Virus record (IMG/VR): IMGVR_UViG_2802429244_000020
Reading direction: 5' to 3' (one strand)
Source: a virus
Lineage: Duplodnaviria > Heunggongvirae > Uroviricota > Caudoviricetes
Length of the DNA stretch: 8,062 bases
The notes below the pieces were generated by a model. The model worked only from the letters and a program-made list of their open reading frames with translations, was not told the origin of the DNA and made no database searches. A program made the translations under genes and the position numbers. This document shows positions 1-7,037 of this stretch, one piece after another; position 1 is the first letter of the stretch; each line of letters starts with the position of its first letter.

Positions 1-1014
1 TTACTCTACTGTGGACACTGTGTGGACACTCTCGGCCTCAGTACCACCTCTCAGCGGATTAAGAGAAATGGCGTCCTGAAGGTACTCTGGAGCAAAATGA
101 GCGTAAACCATAGTTTGCTCAATCCGCGTGTGACCTAGTATCCGTTGTAGCGTGATAATACTTCCTCCATTAATCATGAAATGAGTGGCAAAGCTGTGCC
201 TTAGTGCATGTGTGGCTTGCCCCATTGGCAAATCCGGTTTTATTGCTTTCATTGTTCGTCTGAAGCGAGGGTAATCAGCATCAGGGAATAAAAAACCTCG
301 TTTGTTATCCGCGATCATTTTGGCAACAGCCTCTGAGATCGGGACGGTGCGTGGTTTGTTTGTTTTCGTTTTAACAAACGTGACGCGGTTATGAATGATA
401 TTTTCTGCTTTCAAACGAGCTGCTTCTCCCCAACGTGCTCCAGTACTCAGGCAAAGAATCGCAATCTTTTTGTTGTCGCCGTCAAGAGCTGCGAGCAGTA
501 AGGCAATTTCTTCCTGCGTGAGATAGCCTGTGTCTGGTTTTTCCTCCTTAAGCCTTTTTGTCCCTCTGATAGGGTGCTCACCAAAGTATAACTCCGCTTC
601 AATCAGGGCTGTAAACATGCCGCTAATACATGTTAAATCACGATTGATACTCGAAGGTTTAATACCCTGACTTCTTCGGGTGGCGCAGTATTGGCTGATA
701 AGCGATTTCGTAATTTGAAATGCGCATGGGTCATTCGTTATTTTTGTGAAGATTTCAATTTTTCCAAGATTAGATTTCCCATGCTCTTCGTGTTTACCCT
801 TTAAATCCCACCAGATCTGTGTCAGCTCCGACAGACGTCGCTTGTCTGTTGGTTTTGATAGCCATTCTTTATTGTGGTGGTTGTACAACGTGTATTTCTC
901 GAAAGCGACAGCTTCGCTTTTCTTATCAAACTTCCTACGGATGCGTTTTCCATTACGTCCAGTAGGGCGGATGTCCACTTCATATCGACCATCATCGAGT
1001 TTTTTGATTGCCAT
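1..1014 (-). CDS. int: P2-type tyrosine integrase (site-specific recombinase), complete, 337 aa
   Basis: Full ORF on minus strand: ATG at 1014..1012, stop TAA at 3..1. GGAGG lies 8 nt upstream of the ATG on the minus strand. C-terminal tyrosine-recombinase motifs are visible in the translation: ARWGEAARL (Arg box), HALRHSFATHF (HxxR), LGH and TMVYAHF (catalytic Tyr). N-terminus MAIKKLDDGRYEVD is typical of P2-family Int. Confidence 0.95.
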   Translation of the reverse strand: MAIKKLDDGRYEVDIRPTGRNGKRIRRKFDKKSEAVAFEKYTLYNHHNKEWLSKPTDKRRLSELTQIWWDLKGKHEEHGKSNLGKIEIFTKITNDPCAFQITKSLISQYCATRRSQGIKPSSINRDLTCISGMFTALIEAELYFGEHPIRGTKRLKEEKPDTGYLTQEEIALLLAALDGDNKKIAILCLSTGARWGEAARLKAENIIHNRVTFVKTKTNKPRTVPISEAVAKMIADNKRGFLFPDADYPRFRRTMKAIKPDLPMGQATHALRHSFATHFMINGGSIITLQRILGHTRIEQTMVYAHFAPEYLQDAISLNPLRGGTEAESVHTVSTVE

Positions 1015-1129
1015 CAGAAAACCCTCCGAGTGGTGTGTTTTTTTGCGACTACTAATCGTTTTTTTCGTGGTGGCTGAAATTTAGCCACCAATAGTAGGCA
1101 CTTGTGATGAATATATTCACGATGAATTG

Positions 1130-1429
1130 TTAACCAGTCTTTTGACCGGAGTGGGGCGACGTTGTTTCGTTTTGCCCAAAGTGTGCGAGAGCGGGCGCAA
1201 TTTGCCCGGACTCAGGAGCGATCTGATTTGTCATGAACCATAAAGTGTATTTGGTGAATTGTGGGGTCTGCAGGATGTTCATCATGACATCTGTTGGAGG
1301 TGTTGAACGACCACTTTCATAGTAACTCAGCGTGCCATACGGAACCCCTGTTAAATCAGCAAGTTGTTGTCTGCTCAAATACTCTGATTTTCGCATTAAG
1401 ACTATCTTCTCGCTTATCGTGTTTGACAT
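1130..1429 (-). CDS. C: Immunity repressor C (P2 C-like, 99 aa, HTH)
   Basis: 99-aa minus-strand ORF immediately upstream of int and divergent from cox. The N-terminal segment LSRQQLADLTGVPYGTLSYYESG looks like a helix-turn-helix. Size and position match P2 repressor C; the ATG (1429..1427) overlaps the -35 of the rightward promoter. Confidence 0.9.
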   Translation of the reverse strand: MSNTISEKIVLMRKSEYLSRQQLADLTGVPYGTLSYYESGRSTPPTDVMMNILQTPQFTKYTLWFMTNQIAPESGQIAPALAHFGQNETTSPHSGQKTG

Positions 1430-1451
1430 GGTGTTTAGATCTCAATAGTAT
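1423..1451 (+). promoter_or_regulatory. Early promoter Pe candidate: -35 TTGACA (1423-1428), 17-nt spacer, -10 TAGTAT (1446-1451)
   Basis: Perfect consensus -35 hexamer with a 17-nt spacer to a TAnnnT-type -10, oriented toward cox. The -10 sits between the two operator repeats, as described for P2 Pe. Confidence 0.55.
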
Positions 1452-1462
1452 TTAGTTTAGAT
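1433..1462. promoter_or_regulatory. Operator for repressor C: two exact 8-bp direct repeats GTTTAGAT (1433-1440 and 1455-1462), 22 bp centre to centre
   Basis: Exact direct repeat read from the sequence, flanking the putative Pe -10. P2 C is known to bind two 8-bp direct repeats flanking the Pe -10. A further TTTAG unit is at 1451-1455 and a degenerate TTTAGTG at 1471-1477. Confidence 0.6.
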
Positions 1463-1492
1463 GTAGATTGTTTAGTGCTTGGATGTGGGCAC

Positions 1493-1520
1493 TAAAAGGC
1501 ATTATAAGGCATTAAACGCA
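1493..1520. promoter_or_regulatory. Three tandem cox-box-like repeats (TAAAAGGCA 1493-1501, TATAAGGCA 1503-1511, TTAAACGCA 1512-1520)
   Basis: Three 9-bp direct repeats at roughly 10-bp periodicity, fitting the T(T/A)(A/T)AA(G/C)NCA pattern I recall for P2 Cox binding sites. They overlap the candidate Pc -10, consistent with Cox repressing Pc. The consensus is from memory. Confidence 0.45.
1501..1506 (-). promoter_or_regulatory. Leftward lysogenic promoter Pc candidate: perfect -10 TATAAT on minus strand
   Basis: Plus-strand ATTATA at 1501-1506 is TATAAT on the minus strand, pointing toward C/int. No good -35 is found at 16-18-nt spacing, so this would be a weak promoter. It is about 50 bp from the Pe -10 on the opposite strand, giving the face-to-face arrangement known for P2. 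Confidence 0.4.
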
Positions 1521-1543
1521 ATTCATGAGGGCTGGAGGACGAC

Positions 1544-1819
1544 ATGAGCAAGCAAGTAACACTCATGACTGATGCGATTCCTTATCAGGAGTTCGCAAAA
1601 CTAATAGGAAAATCGACAGGAGCGGTTCGTCGGATGATCGATAAAGGAAAGCTGCCTGTAATTGATATGACCGATCCACAATCAGCTTCAGGTCGTGCAG
1701 GTGAATATTGGGTATATCTTCCGGCATGGAATAACGGACTAAAACTGGCTTATGAAAGCCGCCCTAAAGAGATTCGTGACGGCTGGTTGATGTGGTTAGG
1801 TCTTGGTGAACCACGTTAA
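1544..1819 (+). CDS. cox: Cox (excisionase / developmental-switch repressor of Pc), 91 aa
   Basis: First gene of the rightward operon, divergent from C. GGAGG at 1534-1538, 5 nt before the ATG. 91 aa, matching the size and position of P2 Cox. Confidence 0.9.
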   Translation: MSKQVTLMTDAIPYQEFAKLIGKSTGAVRRMIDKGKLPVIDMTDPQSASGRAGEYWVYLPAWNNGLKLAYESRPKEIRDGWLMWLGLGEPR

Positions 1820-1829
1820 GGAGAACCGT

Positions 1830-2000
1830 ATGAATGAGCCTCGTTGTATTGCTCAGTTATTGCGTAACGAAAGCCCCAGGGCGATTGACTTCAACATCAC
1901 CCACGGTAAGGGGCGTAAGGGAATCATTATCCGCACCAAAAAACAGAGTCCGTTAAAAAAGGTTCTGACCTTTCTGAAAAGCCGGAGGGTATGGAAATGA
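1830..2000 (+). CDS. Small basic hypothetical protein (56 aa) between cox and B, P2 orf78-like position
   Basis: The ORF track starts at a TTG at 1803; the first ATG with a Shine-Dalgarno (GGAG 1820-1823, 6-nt spacer) is at 1830. Lys/Arg-rich. Stop TGA 1998-2000 overlaps the B start codon. Confidence 0.6.
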   Translation: MNEPRCIAQLLRNESPRAIDFNITHGKGRKGIIIRTKKQSPLKKVLTFLKSRRVWK

Positions 2001-2497
2001 CAGTGATGACGCTCAATCTCGTTGAAAAACAGCCAACAACTATGCGCCGGATAATTGGTAAGCATCTGGCCGTCCCTCGCTGGCAGGAGACATGCGATTA
2101 TTATAATCAGATGATGGAACGCGAACGGTTAACGGTTTGCTTCCATGCGCAGTTAAAACAACGTCACGCAACGATGCGTTTTGAAGAAATGAACGACGTC
2201 GAACGTGAACGGCTGGTTTGTGCAATTGATGAACTGCGCGGGGCATTCTCAAAACGCCGTCAGGTCGGTGCAAGTGAGTATGCATATATTAGTTTTTTAA
2301 CAGTCAGTCAGCGTCGTACTTTATTTATGCATGCGGGATTGACAGAAAAAGAATTCAATCAGCCGTACTGGCGCATTAATGAAGAATCATGTTACTGGCG
2401 TGATGCTTTATTCCGTGCATTACGTGAATTATTCAGCCTGTTTGAGTATGCACCGACAATTCTGACGTCGGTAAAACCAGAGCAATATCTGCATTAA
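1997..2497 (+). CDS. B: Replication protein B (P2 B-like, 166 aa from the ATG at 1997)
   Basis: ORF after cox in conserved P2 order. Three in-frame ATGs (1991, 1997, 2006); 1997 has the best spacing (8 nt) from GGAGG at 1984-1988 and gives 166 aa, the size I recall for P2 B. ATGA overlap with the upstream stop. Confidence 0.8.
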   Translation: MTVMTLNLVEKQPTTMRRIIGKHLAVPRWQETCDYYNQMMERERLTVCFHAQLKQRHATMRFEEMNDVERERLVCAIDELRGAFSKRRQVGASEYAYISFLTVSQRRTLFMHAGLTEKEFNQPYWRINEESCYWRDALFRALRELFSLFEYAPTILTSVKPEQYLH

Positions 2498-2560
2498 GTA
2501 ATTAACCAGAGTTTTTAACGCACTTAATTGTGCGGGGCTTCTTTTTGCCTGGAGAAAGTC

Positions 2561-2785
2561 ATGCATACAGTTTCTGAAAATCAGTGCGGTAAATACGCAT
2601 TACTGCTGCAACAGGCCAGAACCGAAGCACAGGCTGATGCTGCGACGCGCTTTTCTTCTCATCTTGACGCCATGATTCGCCACATCACAAAGGCGGAGTT
2701 ATCCCGCGTGGAGATAGTCGAGCTGCTCAGTCAGGAGTCGGAAAAATTTCACAATATCGGATTGTCTCGCGGGGAGGTGCTTTGA
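2561..2785 (+). CDS. Hypothetical early-operon protein (74 aa)
   Basis: The ORF track starts at a TTG at 2528; the first ATG at 2561 is preceded by GGAG (2551-2554, 6-nt spacer). About 50% G+C like the core. Stop TGA 2783-2785 overlaps the next ATG. Confidence 0.65.
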   Translation: MHTVSENQCGKYALLLQQARTEAQADAATRFSSHLDAMIRHITKAELSRVEIVELLSQESEKFHNIGLSRGEVL

Positions 2786-3087
2786 TGTCCTGTTCTCATT
2801 CAGTTGTATTACTGAATAACGCCTTAAAAATCGCCGTTATGAAAAATGGCGATTTGTCTCTTATTCAACTTTGTCTTGATAAAGAAAAACGCGACATAAC
2901 TGAATCTGTTATCGCGATTTATCAGAATGAATTAAACCTACTGTCTGATGTGGTCAATTTACTTGTTAAACGCGCTGTATTCCACAAGCAAGTTTCCTCC
3001 GTGGATGAACTAACAAAATTAACGACAGAAATCGCCAGTTATTGCGCTGATGAATTTAAGAAACTGAACGACAAAAGGAACTGGTAA
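2785..3087 (+). CDS. Hypothetical protein (100 aa), markedly AT-rich
   Basis: ATG at 2785 with GGAGG at 2773-2777 (7-nt spacer); the track's 2782 start is a TTG. Hand-counted G+C of two 60-nt lines inside it is about 32-35%, against about 53% in the flanking ORF. TAATG overlap with the next gene. Confidence 0.65.
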   Translation: MSCSHSVVLLNNALKIAVMKNGDLSLIQLCLDKEKRDITESVIAIYQNELNLLSDVVNLLVKRAVFHKQVSSVDELTKLTTEIASYCADEFKKLNDKRNW

Positions 3088-3311
3088 TGCCGGACAACGT
3101 AGATTTTATTCAGGAACAACAGGCTGAATTACTGGAGCGTCATATTAATGCGGCAAGGGTAAAACATTGCGGTGTTTCTGCGCTGGTTTGTGAAGAGTGT
3201 GACGCGCCAATACCTGCTGCCCGTCGTGCGGCTTATCCGTCAGCCACGCGTTGTGTTTCCTGCCAGTCAGTCTTTGAAGCAAAAAACAAGCATTACCGGA
3301 GAATGGCATGA
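3087..3311 (+). CDS. TraR/DksA-family C4 zinc-finger protein (74 aa)
   Basis: Two CxxC pairs (CEEC and CVSC) separated by about 17 residues in the C-terminal half, the usual DksA/TraR C4 arrangement. AGGA 7 nt upstream of the ATG. Proteins of this type are common in P2-like early operons. Confidence 0.7.
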   Translation: MPDNVDFIQEQQAELLERHINAARVKHCGVSALVCEECDAPIPAARRAAYPSATRCVSCQSVFEAKNKHYRRMA

Positions 3312-3586
3312 GTATTCGTATCGAAATTGGCGAACGTTATGTCGTTACCAGTGACAGCTTTCAGTTTATTCTCCACGAGAAAAAGAGAGCGGAAAGCGGT
3401 AAAAACGCCGGTCAGGAATGGCTGGCGGTGGTTGGTTATTACCCGAAATTAAGCCAGCTCGTTTCCGGCCTGATGCATCACGATATTCTGACCGGAAGCG
3501 CAAAGTCTTTTGCTGATTTAAACGCGCAGGTTGAGCAACTCAGCAAGCGTTGTTCAGAGGCGTTCTCCAGAGGAGCGTCTGAATGA
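3308..3586 (+). CDS. Hypothetical early-operon protein (92 aa)
   Basis: ATG 3308 overlaps the upstream stop (ATGA). GGAG at 3298-3301 with a 6-nt spacer. No recognisable motif. Confidence 0.65.
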   Translation: MSIRIEIGERYVVTSDSFQFILHEKKRAESGKNAGQEWLAVVGYYPKLSQLVSGLMHHDILTGSAKSFADLNAQVEQLSKRCSEAFSRGASE

Positions 3587-4590
3587 TTACTGATGCTCGT
3601 TGCCATACTGAAAATACCATCAATGTTATTTTTGTTTCAGGTGGAAAGGACAGCCTTGCTCAGTGGCTTGTCGCTATTGAAGAAAATGTACCCATATTGC
3701 CGGTTTTTGCTGATACGGGACATGAACATCCACAGACAATGAAATATCTGGATTATCTGGAAAAACGGCTTGGCCCAATTAAAAGGGTCAGGGCTGATTT
3801 TTCCTGCCGGATTGAATCAAAGCGCAAGTTTATCCAGACCAAATGGCCTGATTTGTTGGTTAACGATTGTGGAATGTCGGAAGAAGAAGCGCACCAGCGC
3901 ATCAGTTGTGCGCTGGAAATTCTCAAACCAACGGGTATCCCGTTTCTTGATTTGTGTCTGTGGAAGGGGCGTTTCCCATCAACCAAAGCCAGATTTTGCA
4001 CATTTGAACTGAAACATGAGCCCGTGCGTTCTCAGGTAATATTGCCTTTACTCAATGAATTTGAGGAAGTGATTAGCTGGCAGGGAGTGCGTGCTCAGGA
4101 ATCGCCATCACGCGCTGCTTTACCTGTCTGGGAAGAGGATGCAGACAACACCCCCGGATTGCATGTATATCGCCCGATTTTGCACTGGAAGCATGAAGAT
4201 GTATTTGCAATAGCCAGAAGACATGACATTAAGCCAAATCCGTTATATCAGCAGGGGTGTGGCCGTGTTGGTTGTATGCCATGTATTCATGTCCGTAAAT
4301 CTGAACTGGCAGAAATTTTTCGCCGGTGGCCGGAGGAAATAAAACGGGTTGCTGAATGGGAACGACTGGTTGCGTCGTGCTCCCGTCGGGGAAATTCCAC
4401 TTTTTTCCCATCCACACATGATCCGCTACGCGCAGAACGTCGTATTGAGATTGTAACAGTCGAGGCATACGGAATAGAAACCTACCATGACTGGACAATG
4501 ACAACGCGTGGGGGTACTCAGTTTGATTTACTGGCTTCGGCGAATGATAAAGCCGTTTGCAGTAGTGTCTATGCCGGTGTATGTGAATGA
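3583..4590 (+). CDS. PAPS-reductase-like PP-loop ATP-pyrophosphatase family protein (335 aa)
   Basis: N-terminal FVSGGKDS matches the SGGxDS PP-loop motif of the PAPS reductase / adenine-nucleotide alpha-hydrolase superfamily. Cys-rich C-terminal segment QQGCGRVGCMPC. AGGAG at 3571-3575 (7-nt spacer); ATGA overlap at both ends. Confidence 0.8.
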   Translation: MITDARCHTENTINVIFVSGGKDSLAQWLVAIEENVPILPVFADTGHEHPQTMKYLDYLEKRLGPIKRVRADFSCRIESKRKFIQTKWPDLLVNDCGMSEEEAHQRISCALEILKPTGIPFLDLCLWKGRFPSTKARFCTFELKHEPVRSQVILPLLNEFEEVISWQGVRAQESPSRAALPVWEEDADNTPGLHVYRPILHWKHEDVFAIARRHDIKPNPLYQQGCGRVGCMPCIHVRKSELAEIFRRWPEEIKRVAEWERLVASCSRRGNSTFFPSTHDPLRAERRIEIVTVEAYGIETYHDWTMTTRGGTQFDLLASANDKAVCSSVYAGVCE

Positions 4591-6872
4591 GTCATTCTTT
4601 CCAGGAGCAATACACCTGCGTACCTCCGTCTGCGTTTGCCGCAGGCACCGGTAAGGCGTTTACCGGTGCTTATGCATGGAACGCGCCACGCGAGGCTGTC
4701 GGGCGCGAAAGACCCCTTACACGTGACGAGATGCGTCAGGTGCAAAGTGTTTTATCCACGATTAACCGCCTGCCTTACTTTTTGCGCTCGCTGTTTACTT
4801 CACGCTATGACTACATCCGGCGCAATAAAAGCCCGGTGCACGGGTTTTATTTCCTCACATCCACTTTTCAGCGTCGTTTATGGCCGCGCATTGAGCGTGT
4901 GAATCAGCGCCATGAAATGAACACTGACGCGTCGTTGCTGTTTCTGGCAGAGCGTGACCATTATGCGCGTTTGCCTGGAATGAATGACAAGGAGCTGAAA
5001 AAGTTTGCCGCCCGTATCTCATCACAGCTTTTCATGATGTATGAGGAACTCTGCGATGCCTGGGTGGATGCGCATGGCGAGAAAGAATCGCTGTTTACGG
5101 ATGAGGCGCAGGCTCACCTGTATGGTCATGTTGCTGGCGCTGCACGAGCTTTCAATATTTCCCCTCTCTACTGGAAAAAATACCGTAAAGGGCAGATAAC
5201 CACGAGGCAGGCATATTCTGCCATTGCCCGTCTGTTTAACGATGAGTGGTGGACTCATCAGCTTAAAGGCCAGCGTATGCGCTGGCATGAGGCGTTACTG
5301 ATTGCTGTCGGGGAGGTGAATAAAGACCGTTCTCCTTATGCCAGTAAACATGCCATTCGTGATGTACGTGCACGCCGCCAGGCAAATCTGGAATTTCTTA
5401 AATCGTGTGACCTTGAAAACAGGGAAACCGGCGAGCGCATCGACCTTATCAGTAAGGTGATGGGCAGTATTTCTAATCCTGAAATTCGCCGGATGGAGCT
5501 GATGAACACCATTGCCGGTATTGAGCGTTACGCCGCCGCAGAGGGTGATGTGGGGATGTTTATCACGCTGACCGCGCCGTCAAAGTATCACCCGACACGT
5601 CAGGTCAGAAAAGGCGAAAGTAAAACCGTTCAGCTTAATCACGGCTGGAACGATGAGGCATTTAATCCAAAGGATGCGCAGCGTTATCTCTGCCGCATCT
5701 GGAGCCTGATGCGCACGGCATTCAAGGATAATGATTTACAGGTCTACGGTTTGCGTGTCGTCGAGCCACACCACGACGGAACGCCGCACTGGCATATGAT
5801 GCTTTTTTGTAATCCGCGCCAGCGTAACCAGATTATCGAAATCATGCGTCGCTATGCGCTCAAAGAGGATGGCGACGAAAGAGGAGCCGCGCGAAACCGT
5901 TTTCAGGCAAAACACCTTAATCGGGGCGGTGCTGCGGGGTATATCGCGAAATACATCTCAAAAAACATCGACGGCTATGCACTGGATGGTCAGCTCGATA
6001 ACGATACCGGCAGACCTCTGAAAGATACTGCCGCGGCTGTTACTGCATGGGCGTCAACGTGGCGCATCCCGCAATTTAAAACGGTTGGTCTGCCGACAAT
6101 GGGGGCTTACCGTGAACTACGCAAATTGCCGCGCGGCGTCAGCATTGCTGATGAGTTTGACGAGCGCGTCGAGGCTGCACGCGCCGCCGCAGACAGTGGT
6201 GATTTTGCGTTGTATATCAGCGCGCAGGGTGGGGCAAATGTCCCGCGCGATTGTCAGACTGTCAGGGTCGCCCGTAGCCCGTCGGATGACGTTAACGAGT
6301 ACGAGGAAGAGGTCGAGAGAGTGGTCGGCATTTACGCGCCGCATCTCGGCGCGCGTCATATTCATATCACCAGAACGACGGACTGGCGCATTGTGCCGAA
6401 AGTTCCGGTCGTTGAGCCTTTGACTTTAAAAAGCGGCATCGCCGCGCCTCGGAGTCCTGTCAATAACTGTGGAAAGCCTGCCAGCAGTGATGCTTCGTTA
6501 CCGGCTCCCACACCTTCTGAACACGCCGCAGCAGTGCTTAATCTGGTAGATGACGGTGTTATCGAATGGAATGACCCGGAGGTTGTGAGGGCGCTCAGGG
6601 GGGCATTAAAACACGGCCTGAGAAGACCAAATCGCCAGCAAAGAAACGGAAGCCCGTTAAAACCACATGAAATAGCGCCATCGGCCAGACTGACCCGGTC
6701 GGAACGAATGCAAATTACCCGTATCCGCGTTGACCTTGCTCAGAACGGTATCAGGCCTCAGCGATGGGAGCTTGAGGCGCTGGCGCGTGGCGCGACTGTA
6801 AATTATGACGGGAAAAAATTCGCTTATCCGGTCGCTGATGGATGGCCAGGGTTCACAACTGTAATAGATTGA
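4587..6872 (+). CDS. A: Rolling-circle replication initiator endonuclease A (P2 gpA-like, 761 aa)
   Basis: 761-aa ORF at the conserved position. HUH-type motif HWH (nt 5787-5795, within GTPHWHMMLF) and two tyrosines four residues apart in YIAKYISK (Tyr codons 5940-5942 and 5952-5954), the hallmark of P2 A-type nicking initiators. Confidence 0.95.
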   Translation: MSHSFQEQYTCVPPSAFAAGTGKAFTGAYAWNAPREAVGRERPLTRDEMRQVQSVLSTINRLPYFLRSLFTSRYDYIRRNKSPVHGFYFLTSTFQRRLWPRIERVNQRHEMNTDASLLFLAERDHYARLPGMNDKELKKFAARISSQLFMMYEELCDAWVDAHGEKESLFTDEAQAHLYGHVAGAARAFNISPLYWKKYRKGQITTRQAYSAIARLFNDEWWTHQLKGQRMRWHEALLIAVGEVNKDRSPYASKHAIRDVRARRQANLEFLKSCDLENRETGERIDLISKVMGSISNPEIRRMELMNTIAGIERYAAAEGDVGMFITLTAPSKYHPTRQVRKGESKTVQLNHGWNDEAFNPKDAQRYLCRIWSLMRTAFKDNDLQVYGLRVVEPHHDGTPHWHMMLFCNPRQRNQIIEIMRRYALKEDGDERGAARNRFQAKHLNRGGAAGYIAKYISKNIDGYALDGQLDNDTGRPLKDTAAAVTAWASTWRIPQFKTVGLPTMGAYRELRKLPRGVSIADEFDERVEAARAAADSGDFALYISAQGGANVPRDCQTVRVARSPSDDVNEYEEEVERVVGIYAPHLGARHIHITRTTDWRIVPKVPVVEPLTLKSGIAAPRSPVNNCGKPASSDASLPAPTPSEHAAAVLNLVDDGVIEWNDPEVVRALRGALKHGLRRPNRQQRNGSPLKPHEIAPSARLTRSERMQITRIRVDLAQNGIRPQRWELEALARGATVNYDGKKFAYPVADGWPGFTTVID

Positions 6873-6978
6873 AATAGTGTGAATATCTAAGAGATAAAAC
6901 TATATAAGGTGTGTATTAATACTGTGCTGGAGGAAAAGGTGAAAACCAGATGGCATGGCTACAATAATAAAACGATAA

Positions 6979-7007
6979 GCCTCATTTTTAATGAGGCCGT
7001 TTTTATT
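6979..7007. terminator. Bidirectional intrinsic terminator candidate between A and the leftward cargo genes
   Basis: 8-bp perfect inverted repeat GCCTCATT / AATGAGGC (6979-6986 and 6990-6997) with a 3-nt loop, followed on plus by CGTTTTTATT and preceded by AATAATAAAACGATAA (a T-rich tract on the minus strand). It lies 107 nt after the A stop and about 40 nt after the stop of the leftward 223-aa gene. Confidence 0.6.
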
Positions 7008-7037
7008 ACATCAAAAGAATTGAATTGTATTGTTAAC

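Noticed and set aside
746-1084. Plus-strand ORFs 746..1084 and 874..1077, antisense to int
   Set aside because: They lie entirely or mostly within the well-supported integrase gene on the opposite strand, with no ribosome-binding site and no motif. They are frame artefacts.
1069-1089. 7-bp inverted repeat GGTGGCT/AGCCACC in the int-C spacer
   Set aside because: Not a canonical terminator for either strand: the T-tract lies 5' of the hairpin on plus, and the leftward C-int transcript would meet an A-tract after it. It could be a protein-binding or processing site, but I cannot support a call.
1803-2285. TTG-initiated 5' extension of the small ORF at 1803, and minus-strand ORFs 1853..2065 and 2040..2285
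   Set aside because: The ATG at 1830 has a proper Shine-Dalgarno site, whereas 1803 is a TTG overlapping cox. The minus-strand ORFs are antisense to the small ORF and B and have no start signals.
2519-2546. Short hairpin (5-bp stem, 6-nt loop) plus T-run between B and the next ORF
   Set aside because: The stem is too short and the T-run is offset by 4 nt. At most a weak pause site, not a confident attenuator.
3172-4504. Alternative-frame and antisense ORFs 3172..3354, 3753..4001, 3770..4012 and 4229..4504
   Set aside because: All are nested within better-supported coupled genes that have ribosome-binding sites and recognisable motifs. No independent start signals.
4636-6423. ORFs nested in gene A (4636..4902, 5022..5288, 6085..6423, 6117..6365)
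   Set aside because: They sit in other frames or antisense inside the 761-aa A gene, whose frame carries the HUH and Tyr-pair motifs. There is no evidence for overlapping genes.
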